From: Chiloscyllium plagiosum
Taxonomy: Eukaryota
Reading direction: 5' to 3'
NCBI RefSeq assembly: GCF_004010195.1
Contig: NC_057754.1
Location: forward strand, 6,688,127-6,752,126
DNA: 64,000 nt
The translations under genes were made by a program, and so were the position numbers. The notes under the pieces were generated by a model that ran no database searches, was not told the origin of the DNA, and saw nothing but the letters and a program-made list of their open reading frames with translations. Of this stretch, positions 48,526-60,032 are shown piece after piece. Each line of letters starts with the position of its first letter. Within the stretch, counting starts at the first letter, position 1.

Positions 48526-50214
48526 CATTCTCTTTATCAGTTGTTGTTCCACTATCTGCACTCTCTCTCTCTGTTCTTCTTCAATCTGCGACCCTCTGTT
48601 GGCTCCCTCTAAGTTGCTTTGTCGTTCTGTCAGACGTCTGGTCTCCAGGGAACGCAACGTTAAATGGGACCGACACAGACAAAGACGGCCAATGTCGTCA
48701 GGAATGATTCTACGTCGGGCAGCTGACGGCTGAATTGCAGCCTCTGACTCCCAGGTGGAAATCTAGGACAGGATCGAATTGCTCCACATTCCCCGCCCCG
48801 CCCCAACTGCCTTTTCTCTCTGAGCCTGTGGGAGGAGGCGAACCTGCATTGCTGTAGCGCCCACTGGGGAATGTCTCTGAGTACCTCACGGTGGTGTCAC
48901 CTGGGGAGCTGTGGCGGCCAACGGGTGTGGCAGGGTTGTAAGACACAGCAAGATCCCGCAAGCAGGATGCCGAATGGCCCACGGCTCGCACGGAGGACGT
49001 TTCCTGGGTGTTCCCGGCTGGGGAGTCCATCTCCCCCAGTTGCAGCAAGCGGCAACGGACCAATAAGCGTCAACCCACCATCCCCCAACCGTCCCCTGTC
49101 CCAGTCAAGGTTTGGCCTGGCGATGGCCGGGGTGGGGTGTGCTTGGGGATGGGAAGGGCAACTAAAGGGGCAGGATTACGCTGGCCCACCTTGGACCTTG
49201 ACGTGAGGCAAACAGGGGGAATCTGGCGGAGGCAGTACTGCTGGCCCACGGCAGCGGAAGGACCTTAAATCGAGACCTAGCCTCCATCTCGGGCCTACAG
49301 GGTGCGGGAGTGGGGTGGAGATCCAGGATGTCAGATCTAATTTTCCAAGGCACTGGGTAGGGAGGCGGGAAAGGGGAGGAGTGCACGGAGAGGGGGTCAA
49401 GCTGGTCAATTACTTTCTGTCAAATGATTTAACATGTTTACCAGCAGCCCGACAGGTATAAAATTGAAAGCAGTTAGTTAAGGCCAGAGCAATAAGACAC
49501 TTCCCCAGGACAATGGACTGGACATAATTCATCACTCTGAAGGCCACTCGAATACTATCAACAACATAAATGACCTTTATATCGATGAGTTGACCGATAA
49601 ACAAAAGCCTTGGTGTTAGAAATGAGCATTGCATCGAATCCTCACAGAGTTGAAAGTTAATGCTCCTGTAACACATGACCAGCAGGAGATTGGCTAACAG
49701 TAATTATGCTGGCTCAAACAATTGCAACAGGCCAAATGGACTTCCTGCCCCACCCTAACAGCCTACAATCCAGTTTATTGACTGACTTTCGCCCTGAGGA
49801 CATTGTGGGTCTAACCGACAACACACGGACTGTCACAGTTCAAGACCACCACCTTCTCAAGGGGGCAATGAGGGACGGGAGGAATAAATGCTGGGCCCAG
49901 CCAGCTCCCCCTTCCCCCACCCAATGAGAAATGCTCACCTGGACCAAGCCATGGAATCACTGAACTGTCACGGGGCAGAAAAATGTTATTCGGCCCATCT
50001 TGCCTGCCCAAGTTCCATCCCATTGTCTCGCCATTGCCTCCATGTCCCTGTCCCCCAATATCCCCCACGCATAAACGCCTCCATGGACCCTGCACCCCAC
50101 TCCCCACATTTCCAGGCAGTCAACCCCACCTCCTTCACTGCTCGCTGGGTGGAAACATTGTCCCTCACATCCCCCTCACTTCAAATCCACGCTCACCTCC
50201 CCTCCCCAGTTCTC

Positions 50215-50675
50215 GTTCAGGGATGTGCAGGTTAGGGTGGATTGGCTGTGCTAAATTGTCCTGGCATGCCCAGGGATGTGCAGGTTAGGGTGGATTGGCC
50301 GTGTTAAATTGTCCCATAGTGCCCAGGGAGTGCAGGTTAGGGTGGATTGGCCGTGTTAAATTGTCCCATAGTGCCCAGGGATGTGCAGGTTAGGGTGGAT
50401 TGGCCATGGTAAATTGTCCCATAGTGTCCAGGGATGTGTAGGTTAGTGTGGATTAGCCGTGCTAAATTGTCCCACAGTGTCCACGGATGTGCAGGTTAGG
50501 GTGGATTGGCCGTGCTAAATTGTCTCATAGTGCCCAGGGATATGCAGGTTCGGTGCTTTTGTCAGGGGTTAGTGTAGAATAATAGAGCAGGTGAATGGGT
50601 CTGGCTGGGATACTCTTCGGAGGGCTGTTGTGGGCTGAATGGCTTCCTGCCACACTGTCAGGGTTCTACGATTCC
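50215..50675 (+). mobile_element. SINE 53-bp array (about 6 units) plus tail
   Basis: Direct reading. Confidence 0.85.
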
Positions 50676-51974
50676 TCCCCACTCCCTGGTCACTCCCACA
50701 TTTAAGCTGGGGGAAGGAAGACTCCAGAAAGACATTGGTCATTGGAGATGAAAAGTAACAGTGGACAGATAAACAGGAGGGTTTTGTTGTTGTTGTTTCT
50801 TGTTGAGCTCTCTTTTGGAAGCAGGAGCTGTGGAATGCAGCCAATGGGATCGCTGCCCCGTGGGCGTCGGTGGTGCCAAGCTCTGTGCAGAGTGTTCCTT
50901 TGTTCTCACCAGATGCCGGAATTACCAATTCATGGATTCACATGCCTTCCCAGTGCATTGGGAGTCTGCAATGAGGCTCACAGTTCAGACATCCGGGAAG
51001 TGGAAGTAAAACTTTATCCCTGCCGTTGGTCACGCGCGAGAAACATCGCTGCGATGCCCTTCCTAAACACGGCGGCAGGTCCCGCTCAGAATCCACTGGC
51101 ACTGAGGGTCGTATCTCGCTAATTACCAGTGGGCAGGACGGGGAGGTGGAGCGGGCGCTGCTTATTTTCGGAAGATGTTCCTCCGTCCTGTGCCATCTGC
51201 CTTCCCCTCACCCCCCCACCCCAGCACCGCCTCACTCGCGCCTTCCCTTCCCCACCCCCCACCTCCCGGATTAGCCCCTTGCCCGCACCCCACCTCTGCC
51301 AACCCCAGTCCCACGCACCCGCCTCCTTGCTGGTTGTTCGGCCAAGTGAGGCATCACTGCCATCTCATTCGGATGGGGGGAGCTGTCAGACAGACGGCTG
51401 GCAGAGAGGGGGAGGCGTGGAGTTGGGTGGGGTGGGGGGAGGTGGAGAGGAGGCCGCAAGATTGATGGGAGTAGGGGGGAGTTGTTTGGGATACGGATGG
51501 GGTGGGTTTCCTGGTGGCACAACCTGGGGAGGTCTGGGGTGGAGGGGTGAGTGACCTTTCCCTTTCAGCCAGTCACTCGGTGGGGTGGGAGGGTATGTGG
51601 GTGCCGCTGGCTGGGTCCGGGCATCCATCGCTCAACTCACAAATCCACCTAATTCCTCCGGGAATGACAGAGAGAACGAGAGAGAGACACGCGGCTACGA
51701 AGGGAGAGGGGCATTCATTCCCCAACTGCGCCCCCTTTCCACCCCCAAACTGAATGGCTCGCTCCATCCAGATCAGAGGGCGGGGCAGCTGTGGGCCTGG
51801 AGTCACATGTAGGCCCAGACTGGGGAATGATGGCATATTCCCCCTCCCTCCCCGCTTATCCCTAAAGGGACATTGCTGACCAAACATGGGGCTTTAGACA
51901 ACAAGCAGTAATAGTTTCCTAGTCATTGGGACCTGAATTTCAACATTGATATCCCTCGTTAAATAGAATAGAGG

Positions 51975-52548
51975 CGCGGACTATTTTCTAAACGGGTAAA
52001 GGCTTCAGAATTCTAAAGCACAAAGGGACTGGGGAGTCCGAGTTCAGGATTCTCTTCAGGTTAATACAGAGGCTCAGTCAAGAAAGCAAATGCGATGTTA
52101 GTGTTCATTTCCGAGAGGGCTAGAGCAGGGATGTGCTGCTGAGGTTGTATAAGGCTCTGGTCAGACCACATTGGGAATATCGTGAACAGTTTCGGGTGCC
52201 ATACCTAAGGAAAGAGGTTGCTGATCTTGAAATGGGGTCCAGAGGAGGTTCACAAGAACGATCCCGGGGATGAGGGGTTTGTCGTATGAGGAGCGAGTGA
52301 AGACTCTGGGTCTGTACTCGATGGGATTTAGAAGGATGGGGGGGAGGGGGATCTGATTGAAACATCCAGATTACTGAGGGGCCTGGATAGAGTGGGCGTG
52401 GGGTAGATGTTTAGGAGGGACATGGACCTGAGAGCACAGCCTCAGAGAGAAGGGACTGAGATGGGTGCAGGGAGAATGGGGTTGGGAAACACATCAGCCA
52501 TGATCGAATGGCAGAGCAGACTCGATGGGCCGAATGGCCTAATTCTGA
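51975..52548 (+). mobile_element. CR1 3' fragment
   Basis: LLRLYKALVRPHWEY-like frame; homologous to 11650-12090. Confidence 0.85.
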
Positions 52549-52567
52549 GAAAGAGAAATAGAGAGAG

Positions 52568-52824
52568 AGATTAGATTAGATTACATTACCTTACAGTGTG
52601 AAAACAGGCCCTTCATCCCAACAAGTCCACACCGACCTGCCGAAGCGCAACCCACCCATACCCCTACATTTACCCCAATACCTAACACTACGGGCAATTT
52701 AGCATGGCCAATTCACCTGACCTGCACATCTTTGGATGTAGGAGGAAACCGGAGCACCCGGAGGAAACCCCACACAGACACGGGGAGAACGTGCAAACTC
52801 CACACAGTCAGTCGCCTGAGGCGG
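52568..52824 (-). mobile_element. Young HE1/V-SINE, 5'-truncated, (AATCT)n tail
   Basis: AGATTAGATTAGATTAC; matches 17079-17388. Confidence 0.9.
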
Positions 52825-53577
52825 AGAGATAGTCAGAGGCGGCAGTGAAGGGAGGGGGCATTAATCGTTGGCGGTGGGTGTGCTGAGTGGGTAAGTAGGC
52901 AGCAGCTAGGGCATGAAGGGGGCAGAGGTGCCGGGGTAGGGTTAGGTGACAGTGAGGGCAGAAAGACACCACAGGCCAATTGAGAGAGAGCTAGACCATG
53001 GGCATTGGTGGTAGGTGGGCACTGTCGTAGGGGTGGAGGGAGGGCAAGGTGTTGCAGAGAAGATGGCAGGCACTTGCGCTGGGATGTGGGTGGGGTGGAG
53101 GAGGGCATCGAGCGCCTTCCTGCAGAATCAGCTCCAACCCAGAAAAACCGGGCGCCATTCGGCCCTTCGAGTCCGCTCTGCCATTCGACAAGATAGCGTC
53201 TGGTCCGACCATCCTCAGCTCCACTTTCCTGCCTTCCCTGTCACCTCAATTCTCCTTAAACATCTCTCTCAGCCTTGAATCTACCACCCTCCGTTGCCCT
53301 CAGCGATAGAGAGTTCCACAGATTCCCTTACCTCGGCAGAGAGGAGAAATTCCTCCCCCTCATCTCTGCCTTCCATGGGAGCCCTTATTTCTGAGATCAT
53401 GCCCCATCTGGTCCTAGACTCTCCCACCGGGGAGGGGGGAGGACCCTCTCCACACCTCCCTGAAGCACGTTTCAATGCAGTCACCTCTCATTCTTCTGGT
53501 GCACAGGTCTAATCTCTTCTCATAAGACAGTCCCTCCCCACCAGGTCCCTGGATAACCTCCAGAGCTCCTTGGGTAA

Positions 53578-53840
53578 GGTTAGAAATCACACAACACCAC
53601 GTTAGCATCGAACAGGGAGAAAGTGAGGACTGCAGATGCTGGAAATAAAGGGCTTATGCCTGAACATGCTGATCCTCCTGTTCCTCGGATGCTGCTTGAC
53701 CTGCTGTGCTTTCCCAGCGCCACACCCTTGACTATCGTCCGACAGGTTTATCTGGAACTATTCACGCTGTATCCTCGTCAGGTCGTGACCTTGGTGTTGC
53801 GTGACTTCGAACTCAGTCCAACACCGGCTCCTCCATATCA
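53578..53840. mobile_element. Nested degenerate Penelope terminal-repeat fragments
   Basis: Outer parts resemble 14739-14962; inner 53612-53732 resembles 15042-15172. Confidence 0.6.
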
Positions 53841-53861
53841 GAGCTCGCGAGGGAGAGCCGT

Positions 53862-53881
53862 GGAGCAAAGGTCAAAGTTCA
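53862..53881 (+). promoter_or_regulatory. Nuclear-receptor DR1 element (AGGTCA-A-AGTTCA) with a third upstream half-site
   Basis: GGAGCA A AGGTCA A AGTTCA; motif match only. Confidence 0.35.
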
Positions 53882-54529
53882 GTCATGATCTACGGAGGCC
53901 AAAGCAGGCCTCCTAGATTTAAGCTGTTAAACAATCCCGGGGGGCGGGAGGGTGTCATCGGGAGGGAAGGGCTTGGAGCTCTCTTCCTAAAGGCACGCTG
54001 GGCGGGATGTGACATGTTTAGAAAGCTATCTCGGTTACCATCATTCCAGCTGCGGTTTTGACACCCTGGAGTAGGCCTCACGGGCCACAATCTTCCTTTT
54101 CCCCCTTGCGTAATTTTGCAAAGGCTGTGCCATGTGTTGGTAATTATCCTCACAGCTCCTGTGTCTAGTCTCCCATTGAATTAAAGGCTCTGGTGTCCTA
54201 CCTCTCCCAGCCACTAATGCTGCGGAGATCAATACCTTGACCATAAAAAGATAATTGATATTTATGCTACTTTTTGTCATCGATGCTGACACCACAGAAG
54301 ACAGAATGCCCCCTAAACGAAGCCTCACACTGTGTTCCACATTAAGTGCACGGACACTCAGAGATGTAATATATTCACTTTAAAAGCAGGTAGTAATACA
54401 ATAAGCAGACTATTCAACTGAAAAATAACAGGACTCAACTCAAGCGAGATAAGTCAGCGACAGGTTAAATGGTCTCTGTAAATTAGCGCAAAATGTTTCT
54501 TTACCCCATGAGTGGTAACCTTACAGAGG

Positions 54530-55150
54530 TTTATAAGTGCGAAAGATAAGGAGTCTTTTCCCTCTGGGTGGACTAGCAGGCATATTTTTTAAGGCGAGAG
54601 GAGAAGGATTTTTTTTAAAAATTAGGCATGAGAGGCAATTCTTCTTTAAGGCAGAGAGTGGTTCGTGTGCAGAGTGAATTTTCAGAGGAAATGGTGGATG
54701 CGGGCACACTTACACTGTTTAAAAGGCATTTGGATAAATACATCCAAGCAATAGGCTGGGGCTGTTTTCCCTGGAGCGTCAGAGGCTGAGGGGTGACCTT
54801 ATAGAGATTTACAAAATCATGAGGGGGCATGGGTCGGGTGAATAGACAAGATCTTTTCCCTGGAGTGGGGGAGTCCAGAACTAGAGAGTTTAAGGAGCGA
54901 AAGGAAATTTATAAAAGGGACCTAAGGGGCAATGTTTTCACACAGAGGGTGGTGCGTGTATGGAATGAGCTGCCAGAGGAAGTGGTGGAGGCTGGTACAA
55001 TGACAGCATTTAAAAGGCATCTGGATGGGGACATGAATAGGAAGGGTTTGGAGGATATGGGCCGGGTGCTGGCAAATGGGACCTGATTAGGTTGGGATAT
55101 CTGGTTGGTATGGATGGAAAGGTCTGTTTCCGTGCTGTATGACTCTGACC
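54530..55150 (+). mobile_element. Two tandem CR1 3' fragments
   Basis: RGNVFTQRVVRVWNELPEEVVEAG; TATGACTCT tail. Confidence 0.88.
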
Positions 55151-55989
55151 GAGTGGCCCTATCCCAATCTGTGTGTATCTGTGCATGACTCCAGACTCTC
55201 TTGAGCAGAAATCTGACCAGTGAAGACATCACCCCCATGGAAGTAAAACAAAATTAGGGCACGAGGTTGGGCCTGTGAGGAAGTCTGAGGGTGACTCCGG
55301 GAAGCGGTATTGATGGGCCTGAACTGGGGTGCCCTGATAAAGCTCAGTCATCCCATCTCTGGCTGTGAGGAAGCCAGAGAGCTCGCGATTCACTCCCAAA
55401 GTCTGGAGCCTGCTCAGAACAGGCCCGACATCAGCGTATTCACCTCACAAAGGCAGTCCGGCAATTTGCATTAATGGCAGCATTAGCAATTTAAATTGCC
55501 GATGCACGCGCGGAGAGAGGGTCAAAGAGGCCCTTTCTGTTCAATGCGTGGCTCATTCTGCTTCCAAATGAAGGGAGTGTACTCTGCATATCTATAAACG
55601 CAGTGGCTGCTGAGGGGAATCTTAACTATTGCTCCTTAGGCCCTCCCAACCCCCATGGAGCTTTGCCGAAGGCCCGAGACCCCTTTGAGTAGCCTGCCCA
55701 GCAACAGGGCTCCCTCCGCTGTCAGAGCGTACAATATCAGAGCATAATTTGGCCATTCGGCCCGTCGGGTCAGTCATTCGGTCGCGGGACGATGTGTTTC
55801 TCCGCCTCCCCCACCCCCACCCCACTCCCTGCGCTCTCCTGCCTTCTCCCTGTCGCCCTGGACCCAACCACGAACTCAGCAGCTTTGCCGAGAGTGGTGC
55901 GCGTCTGGAACGAGCTGCCGGAGGAAGTGGTAGAAAGGACAAAAGGCATTCAGGAACAGGTACATGGACAGGAAAGGTCGAGAGGGGCA

Positions 55990-56590
55990 AACTCTCTGGT
56001 GGTTAGAGTTATACCTGACATATAAGAAGATGGTGGTGGTTGTTGGAGAGTCAGTAATCTCAGCTCCAGGGCATCTCTGCAGGAGTTCCTCAGGGGAGTG
56101 TCCTGGGCCCAACCATCTTCAGCTGCTTCATCAATGACCTTCCCCTACCATCAGCAGGTCAGAAGTGAGGGATGTTCGCCGATGATAGCACAGTGCTCAG
56201 CACCATTCACTGCTCCTCAGATACTGAAGCAGTCCGTGTTCAAATGCTGCAAGATCTGGGCAATACCCAGGCTTGGGCTGACAATTGGCAAGTAACATTC
56301 ACACTGCACAAATGACCATCTCCAATAAGAGACAATCTAACCATCTCCCCTTGACATTCAATGGTGTGAATATCACTGAATCTAACCATCACCCCCTTGA
56401 CATTCAATAGTGTGACCATCACTGAATCCCACACTATTAACATCCTGGAGGTTACCATTGACTAGAAACTCAACTGGACATACCACATAAACACAGTGGC
56501 TACAGGAGCAGGACAGAGGTTGGAATGCTGTGGCGAGTAACTCCGCCCCTGACTCCCCAAAGCATGTCCACCATCGACAAGACATCACAC
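55990..56590 (+). mobile_element. CR1/L2-clade LINE RT fragment (second family)
   Basis: AGVPQGSVLGPTIFSCFINDLP and GATGTTCGCCGATGAT (MFADD). Confidence 0.85.
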
Positions 56591-56639
56591 AAAAGGGGAG
56601 GGAATCGGGTGCCACACTGCCAGAGGGTCAAAACTGAGA

Positions 56640-57935
56640 GCGGCACTCCCTCAGTACTGACCCCCTGACAGTGCACGCGGTACCTCAGTACTGACCCTCT
56701 CACAGTGCAGCGCTCCCTCAGTACTAACCCTCTGACAGTGTGGCACTCCCTCAGTACTGACCCCCTGACAGTGTGACACTCCCTCAGTACTGACCCTCTG
56801 ACAGTGCGGCACTCCCTCAGTACTGACCCTCTGACAGTGAGGCACTCCCTCAGTACTGACCCTCCGACAGTGCGGCACTCCCTCAGTACTGACCCTCCGA
56901 CAGCGCGCCGCTCCCTCAGTACTGACCCACCGACAGTGCGGCACTCCCTCAGCACTGACCCTGTGGCAGTGTGGCACTCCCTCAGCACTGACCCTGTGAC
57001 AGTGTGGCACTCCCTCAGTACTGACCCTCCGACAGCGCGCCGCTCCCTCAGTACTGACCCTCTGACAGTGCGGCGCTCCCTCAGTACTGACCCTGTGACA
57101 GTGTGGCACTCCCTCTGTACTGACCCTCCAACAATGCGGCACTCCCTCAGTACTGACCCTGTGACAGTATGGCACTCCCTCTGTACTGACCCTCCGACAA
57201 TGCGGCACTCCCTCAGTACTGACCCTCCGACAGTGCAACAGTCCCTCAGTACTGACCCTCCGACAGTGCGGCGCTCCCTCAGTACTGACCCTCTGACAGT
57301 GCTGCACTCCCTCAGTACTGACCCTCTGATAGTGTAGCGCTCACTGAGTACTGACCCGCCGACAGTGCGGCACTCCCTGAGTACTGACCCTCCGACAGTG
57401 CGGCGCTCCCTCAGTACTGACCCTGTGACAGTGTAGCACTCCCTCTGTACTGACCCTCCGACAATGCGGCACTCACTCAGTACTGACCCTCCGACAGTGC
57501 GGCACTCGCTCAGTACTGACCCTCCGATGGTGCGGCACTGCCTCAGTACTGAACCTCTGACAGTGCTGCACTCCCTCAGCATGACCCTTTGACAGTGCAG
57601 CACCCCCTCCATACTGACCCTCTGACAGCGTAGCACTCCCTCAGTACTGAACCTGCGACAGTGCGGCACTCGCTCAGTACTGACCCTCCGACGGTGCGGC
57701 ACTGCCTCAGTACTGAACCTCTGAGAGTGCGGCACTCCCTCAGCATGACCCTTTGACAGTGCAGCACCCCCTCCATACTGACCCTCTGACAGCGTAGCAC
57801 TCCTTCAGTACTGACCCTGCGACAGTGCGGCACTCCCTCAGCACTGACCCTGCGACAGTGCGGCACTCCCTCAGTACCGACCCTGCGACAGTGTAGCACT
57901 CCCTCAGTACTGACCCTCCAACACTGCAGCATTCT
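56640..57935 (+). repeat. 33-bp minisatellite, about 39 copies
   Basis: Unit CACTCCCTCAGTACTGACCCTCCGACAGTGCGG; 11-aa periodicity in ORF track. Confidence 0.95.
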
Positions 57936-58154
57936 CAGGGTGTCATCAGTTGGTTGGGATACATAACTGATGGGCCATTTCCTCTCTTAGTTGGATGCAT
58001 AATATGATAAATGAAGTGTGATGGATGGTTTAACCCCTCAATTTGCCTCAAGTCATGATGACCTGACAATTTGCTGGTGATTGTGGGATCTTGCTGTGCG
58101 AGGGGTTGTTGCCTTCCTCGTCTCAGCTGTCAATCCTTGAAATTTTCCTAATAG

Positions 58155-58565
58155 AATACAATCCCTACAGGGTGGGAGCAGGCCATTCGGCCCATCGGGT
58201 CAACACACCTTCCAAAGAGCTTGCCACCCAGTCTGACCCATCCAGACTCATCCCCATAACACTGCATTGCCATGGTTAATCCACCCTAAGCTGCCCATCC
58301 CTGGGCACTATGGGACAATTTAGCATGGCCAATCCACCCTAACCTGCCCATCCCTGGGCACTATGGGACAATTTAGCATGGCCAATCCACCCTAACCTGC
58401 ATACCTTTGGACTGTGGGAGGAAACTGGAGCACCCGGAGTAAACCCACGCAGGCACGGGGGAGAATGTGCAAACTTCACACAGACAGTCGCCCGAGGGCA
58501 GAATTGAACCTGAGTCTCTGGCGCTGGTACTCCACAGTGGAAACCACTGAGCCACCTTGCCGCTC
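58155..58565 (-). mobile_element. HE1/V-SINE with about 3 units
   Basis: Reverse complement head, V-domain, units, tail. Confidence 0.85.
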
Positions 58566-58804
58566 TGTTTTTACAGTGTTAGTCCCTGAAAATGTGCTCT
58601 GAGAAGGTGAGAAACATTTGTTCAGCAGCAGGGAGGGACTGGAACCCCCTGACGATGAAACAGTTCCAAAGGTTTTCATTAAAGGCACAGGTAAGGGGAG
58701 ACAGAGAGGTGGAGAGCAAATAGAAGTTGGTGAGCCAGATGGAAGAAACAGGAGAGAGAAAGAGAGCGCGATGATACATTTTGAAAGCTTAAATACCTGT
58801 GTGC

Positions 58805-59455
58805 AGAGTCATAGAGTAAAATAGTCACAGATTCATATCGTCATCGAGTCAAAGACCCATGGAGTCAAAGACTCCCAAAGCCAAAGAGTCAAGAATTCAT
58901 AGTCATAAAGTGATGGAGTCAAAGAGATGTGGAATCACAGAGTCAAATAGTCATGGAGTCATAGATTCAAAGAGTCAAAGTCTCAAAAAGTCAACGAGTC
59001 ATGGATTCACAGACAGTGAAATGGAATCACAGAGTCGAACAGGATAGAGTCATCGAGTCAAAGATCCATATAGTCAAAGACTTGCAAAGGCAACGAGTCA
59101 TAGAGTCACACAGCACGAAAACCAAACCTTTCAATCCAACCAGCCCATACCAACCATAATCCCAAACTGAAGTAGTCTTGCCCCTCCCTGCTCCTTTCCC
59201 ATTTCCTTCTAAACCTTTCCCAATCGTGCACTTGTCGAAATGTCTTTTAAACGTAGCTGCACCAGCATTCACCACTTCTTCTGGAAGTTCATTCCACACA
59301 CGAGCCACCCTCTGGGTTAAAAAAAGGTTGTGCCCCATGTGACCTTTTTAAATCGTTCGCCTCTCTCCTTAAAAATGTGACCCCCTCGTCTTGAAATATC
59401 CAATCCTGGGGAACAGACCCGAGCTGTTCACCTGATCAATGGCTGTCATGATTTG
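58805..59455 (-). mobile_element. CR1 3' fragment with about 300-bp decayed (GACTCTAT)n-like tail
   Basis: TQRVARVWNELPEEVV; repeated GAGTCA(T/A)A motifs at 58805-59110. Confidence 0.8.
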
Positions 59456-60032
59456 AGCATCTTGACTTCAATCGAGGATAGAGATTATCTACTTAAACGT
59501 CCCATTTTGCTGCCAATCCCAAAGGCAGGTGGGAATGACGGGGCGAGATGCTGCATTTCCATATGAATCCAGTGGCAACAAGACTCTGAGAATATCACAG
59601 TGTAATCACAGCTAATCAGAGGGATTGAGGGCACGAAAGCTCAAGGTAATTTTACCATTACAAAGAGATGGAGATACAATGGCTACAGAAAGAAAGAGAC
59701 AGACAGAAACATTAACTACCATGCAACACCAGTAATTTGGAGCATAACATTGCTGTGATGCTGCTTATTCTGCTTTAAATGTGGGCATTGCTGGTTGGAC
59801 ATTATTTATTGTCCATCCTGCCCTTCCTTTGAACTGACTGTCAGACACAAACAGGTCAGCCAGCAGTTTGAGAGCCAAATGGTTCACCACGGATCTGGGG
59901 TTGTTTGTAGCTGGACAGGGTAAGGACAGCAGATTTCCTTCCGGAAAGGACATCACTAAACCAGATGTATTTTTCTGACAATGGGCAATGGATTCATAAT
60001 CATCATGGAACAAATTGAATTCAAAGTCCCCT

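Noticed and set aside
47724..48707. Hydrophobic 'membrane protein' ORFs
   Set aside because: Translation of a T-rich minisatellite
56500..57932. 411-aa and other Cys/Arg-rich repeat ORFs
   Set aside because: Artefact of the 33-bp period; open in several frames
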